Part shown: piece after piece, positions 60,140 through 64,000 of the stretch | Layout: every line of letters begins with the position of its first letter | How positions within the stretch are numbered: position 1 is the first letter of the stretch | Source: Phoronis australis | Lineage: Eukaryota > Animalia > Phoronida | Assembly: GCA_002633005.1 (NCBI GenBank) | Contig: NMRA01000112.1 | Coordinates: 488,437-552,436 of the forward strand | Direction: 5' to 3' | Length of the DNA stretch: 64,000 bases | Translations under genes and position numbers: made by a program | The notes under the pieces: model-generated | What the model was told of the DNA's origin: nothing | The model's database searches: none | What the model saw: only the letters and a program-made list of their open reading frames with translations

Positions 60140-60440
60140 CTAATAATGTTCACCCTCAGAGATGAGACTGCAATGACTTATGTGCAGAAGTAAGTTTGCG
60201 AGTTGGACCATGAAGTGAGATGAGGGAGAGGTATTGAGGAGCATTGCTTGCGAGTTGGACCATGAACTTAAAGTGAGATGAGGGAGAGGTATTGAGTAGC
60301 ATTGCTTGCGAGTTGGACCATGAAGTGAGATGAGGGAGAGGTATTGAGGAGCATTGCCATAGGTGGTGTAGTAAACAAAGAGCAGTAGTTTAAAATTGAT
60401 ACGTTGTTTGACAGGCAACCAATGGAGATTGTTCATGATC
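60140..60440 (-). mobile_element. L2/CR1-type LINE ORF2 C-terminal fragment with an internal ~55-bp triplication
   Basis: LHWLPVKQRINFKLLLFVY...APQYLS motif; repeat unit ttgcgagttggaccatgaagtgagatgagggagaggtattgag at 60196-60358. Confidence 0.85.
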
Positions 60441-60530
60441 CCGATATTTAAAGTGGCAATATTTTGGTGGGAGACTTATGGTACATCATAATGCCAGTTG
60501 CTTGCCTCCGTACCTCCAATTCAATTTCAG

Positions 60531-60678
60531 GTTCATCTATCTCGTGACAATGGCAACAGTTTTGAACCAGTGTACACGCTGCCCCCTGGTGACTCAGTGA
60601 AGAAAGTATTCGTGTCCACCACCTGTGACATCATCTATATGCTGTCAGAAAGGGGCAAACTGTTGTTTGGCCGTGCAG
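60531..60678 (+). CDS. CATSPERB: CatSper subunit beta exon
   Basis: Phase 0-1; VHLSRDNGNSFEPV...VKKVFVS...SERGKLLFGRAG resembles human IWLSVDGGNTFQLI...IKKTFHS...SQRGKVYSTKAG. Confidence 0.95.
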
Positions 60679-61539
60679 GTAAAGTTTCAGCGTGTGCTGA
60701 AAATTTTGAAACCTAATTACTGATTCTTGATGTGTTACACAAAGCGAATCAGAGGTGATTTTTGCTACCTTTGCAAAATGTAATAATATGAAGTTGCTAG
60801 TAATTTGAAATCACTGGCAGTACTTATGATGCTATAGACCTAGAGATGATCTTTGTCGAATACTTCCATGATGCTCTAAAATAAGTCTGCCTTGAATTTC
60901 GAGTTCACATAAAAAGCATGGTTTTGAGGTGTATTTCCAAGTGTTCTTTGTATGACAGTACTTTCTTGACTTTGTGTAGATTTGTTTCCTTGGCTTGAAT
61001 ATTGTATTATAATAGTTTGATGTGTTTGCCAAGAATTAACTGCCGATCGCATAAATTTGTTTTTAGTAAACTGTAGAATTTTGAAATTTTAATCAGCTGT
61101 ACTCAAATATTTTAAAGAGTAATTTGTCTTTCAATTTTTGGAATTTCTTGAAAACATTTCGTCTGCAAGTGATTCAGAGTCGAATGGGTTGAAGCATTCA
61201 TTTGCTAAGTGTTCTTAACATTTTCTACGCTTGCAGATTCTGAAGAGCAATAGTGTGTAATAAAGAAACCTTTAGTTGAAAGTTCAGTTTTGTCATAAAA
61301 AGATAGGTGGGCATTGATGCACAATGGGAAATTTTTGTTATGTTTTCACAAGAACTTGTAGTGCCAAAAGCAACTGCTGAGAACTGGTTAAAGTTTAATG
61401 GGTAATAGACTCTTAGAAAGGTTGCAGATTTTGGGAACCAGTTTGAAGGCTGTTGTAATTGGCCATCACCGTTTATTGTGTCTTATCACCTTTTCTCAAC
61501 CTAAATTGAAGTAATGATCAGTGAAGTACACCTTTTCAG

Positions 61540-61691
61540 GTGTAAGCCGCCTTGTACAGGTAGATCCAAAGGTGGACCAAAGGCTTCCTGCAGAAATATA
61601 TATGACACATCGTCATCACTTTTACGTAGTGGGTGTTGATGACTCAGGTCAGATAGTTAGGTCACCTGTTGACACCCAAACTCTAATCAAG
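61540..61691 (+). CDS. CATSPERB: CatSper subunit beta exon (last one found in the window; the gene continues)
   Basis: ccttttcag|gt ... aag|gtaaat, phase 1-0; GVSRLVQVDPKVDQRLPAEIYMTHRHHFYVVGVDDSGQIVRSPVDTQTLIK. Confidence 0.85.
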
Positions 61692-64000
61692 GTAAATGTC
61701 TTGTTCAAGTGTCTCGGGATGATGTGCTTCATTACTACAATCCAAGAAGTTTTAAGGTTGTAGGACCCTGGGGAAATGTCTCATGCTGTGAACATTCCCA
61801 TTAAACAAGTCTTGATGTTGCAACCCCACTGATCAGGGAAAACTGTGGGGTTTGGCCGATTGAACTAGACCGTATTTATCCACCTTTGCTGCATTGCGCT
61901 CAGCTCACAATCAAAGGGATCCCACCTAGCTGCTCTATTCATCGAGTCACTAGCGAGGATAATTGGCTTCGCTCATGCGGATACAATCAGCTGATTACAA
62001 TCTAACTTAGATGACCGTACTTTTTATGAAGAGCATTTTACGTAGTTTTGAGTTTAATATTTGAAAAGAGGAGAGAAAAAAATGTTGGTACAACTTTGAA
62101 TTTTTCAAATCGGCCCAGAATAAGAGATTTAGTAACACAGCAACACTCAAGATTACTTTCATTCGGCGCGCACGAATACAAAAATATTGGACCTGTTATT
62201 TAGATTTTGGAACACATGCATTGCAATATTTAAAATACGTTAACTTTATTACAAGATGTAAAACGACGTTGTTCAATTTCATTGTCATCCGTCAAATCGA
62301 AAATTTCCGAGATGTGATCTGCGGCGTGCGCGTATGTATACAAAACACGGGATCGTTATGTTCATGAAGTACGAACATGAAGAAACTCTAACATGCCGTT
62401 ATTATTGACAGTTACACGATAAAACGAATTTGGACTTTGACGATAGTCTTGATACAGCGAGCTGGCTGACTATAGGTACCACTCCGTCAGGTCTTCGTTA
62501 GACCCAGAAATTTCACACAGCCTGGGTAGTTCACCTCGTCACCTCGTCCTCAACATGTAGATCGAGCCTAGGACTATTAATGTTTTACTCCACGGTAGAG
62601 CTAACGACCATCGCTCTGTTTTCACAAAATCTGTGAGTTAACCGGCACTCACCTTGTACGTTGCAACCGTTTAATTGAAAAACGACTAATAAATGCCATA
62701 TTCTTGCATAATCCTAATCCTTTTGTAACAAAAGTCTGTCGTCAATGACCCGCACGCGCTCTCACTCTCAGTACGTAGACGAACTTCAAAACAAACGTTA
62801 CGTGACAACAACATGTGTGTTCATCCAGAGATTTTTCTCATGTTGTGGGGTACGATGTAACGCATATTTGGACTTCATCGCAATTAATCTGGTCTCCACG
62901 TGAACTTAAAAATAATTATTGTAAAACATAAGGAAGATTTCAGGTAATTTGTTGAGTCGAAACTGTATTTTTATTCAAGTTTTCCTATCGACGATCGCGA
63001 TTCAGTGACGTATCAGTCGGCAAGTTTTCACCCTGGGATTTCAGCACAATTTTTTTGAAAAATGATCGCAATTTAACAACGGAAGTTCATAGCAATGCAC
63101 CACAATTTTGTAGAAAGATTGTCATAGGCTACAAATACGTCACAGAGCGTAAATTTGATAAATCCTAGCTTCCGATTTTACCCTTTTCGGAAACCTGGTT
63201 TCAACTGCCTTAGGCTACAATAAGCATCCCCTCCCTGTGAAATTAATTTCTCTAAGTGCCTGGTATACAGCTTTCCACCAAGGCTAGGTGATGCTCCGAC
63301 ATATTCTTTTGTTGCTTGTACGGATTGTTGCCAATTTTTTCTTGTTTCCATAGCATAATGATGACGAAAATGAAAACGTTGCATATTTGAATTTTAATGT
63401 TTGCATAATCCAGAAAACCAGAAGTTGGTAAACCAAATTTTTTAAAACATTTTCGGCAAAAGACTTAAGCAGAAGATGCCCTGACTCTTTCAAAATTGCC
63501 ATGAAGGTATTAACTATTCCATGCAGCATTATTTAACTGGTCTTGGCTATCATTTTGTGGCCTGGTCATCCATTCAGCCAAAAGTAGTTCCAGAGGTGGC
63601 TTATCAGCCAATTATTCACGCATGTTGACTCACAATAAAAGCCTGATAAGAGTGAAGGTGGATAAATGCTATGTTCCTAGTTTCTTGTGGTAGTGGATGT
63701 GTTCACCACATGTGAATTAGCCAAATTTTGGTATACCGTATCTCAGGAATGGTTTATCTTTATGAAACGTTCAGGTACTTACGATGCTTTATGCATTGTT
63801 CTACGTTAGCAAATTGTTGAATTGTTTTTAACTAGGGGAAAAAAAAACTGCAGGTGGTCTGATGTCATTTGCGGTGCATCAGACGTGCGCAGGCCTCATG
63901 GTTGGGCCCATTGCACAAAACACCTGAGCAAAGGCACGAGACCCCAATTATGGCTCCTCGTGAAGAAAGTTTTCAAGTCTGCCAGTCTCCTTTAGGAAAA

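Noticed and set aside
62050-63240. CpG-richer block resembling a DNA-transposon interior
   Set aside because: I could not define termini, a TSD or a coding motif.

Overview
AT-rich, repeat-rich invertebrate animal genomic DNA from a heterozygous-looking draft assembly (N gaps at 6280-7128 and 31781-32270, single Ns at 23882 and 24237). No long ORFs are present; the genes are spliced and were reconstructed by hand from GT-AG sites and intron phases. (1) Minus strand 13629->5085: a 7-coding-exon gene for a 261-aa secreted precursor with a signal peptide, KR/GKR sites and three related peptides ([LF]P-x-Y-x-[LI]PS...SLG[LI][AG]). Each peptide sits on its own symmetric phase-2 exon, and I cannot assign them to a known neuropeptide family. 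This is the main discovery candidate. (2) Minus strand 29277->27537/27505: a TATA-driven gene for a signal-peptide plus Ser/Thr-rich protein with an unresolved 3' end. (3) Plus strand 38329->61691: 13 phase-consistent exons of a CATSPERB orthologue; the start exon is unresolved and the gene runs past the window end. The rest holds MITEs with clear TSDs, Helentron-type HINE elements carrying CTCF-like motifs, a tRNA-derived repeat, LINE relics, minisatellites and two probable haplotype duplications that expose polymorphic transposon insertions. Homology calls are from recalled sequences, not from database searches.
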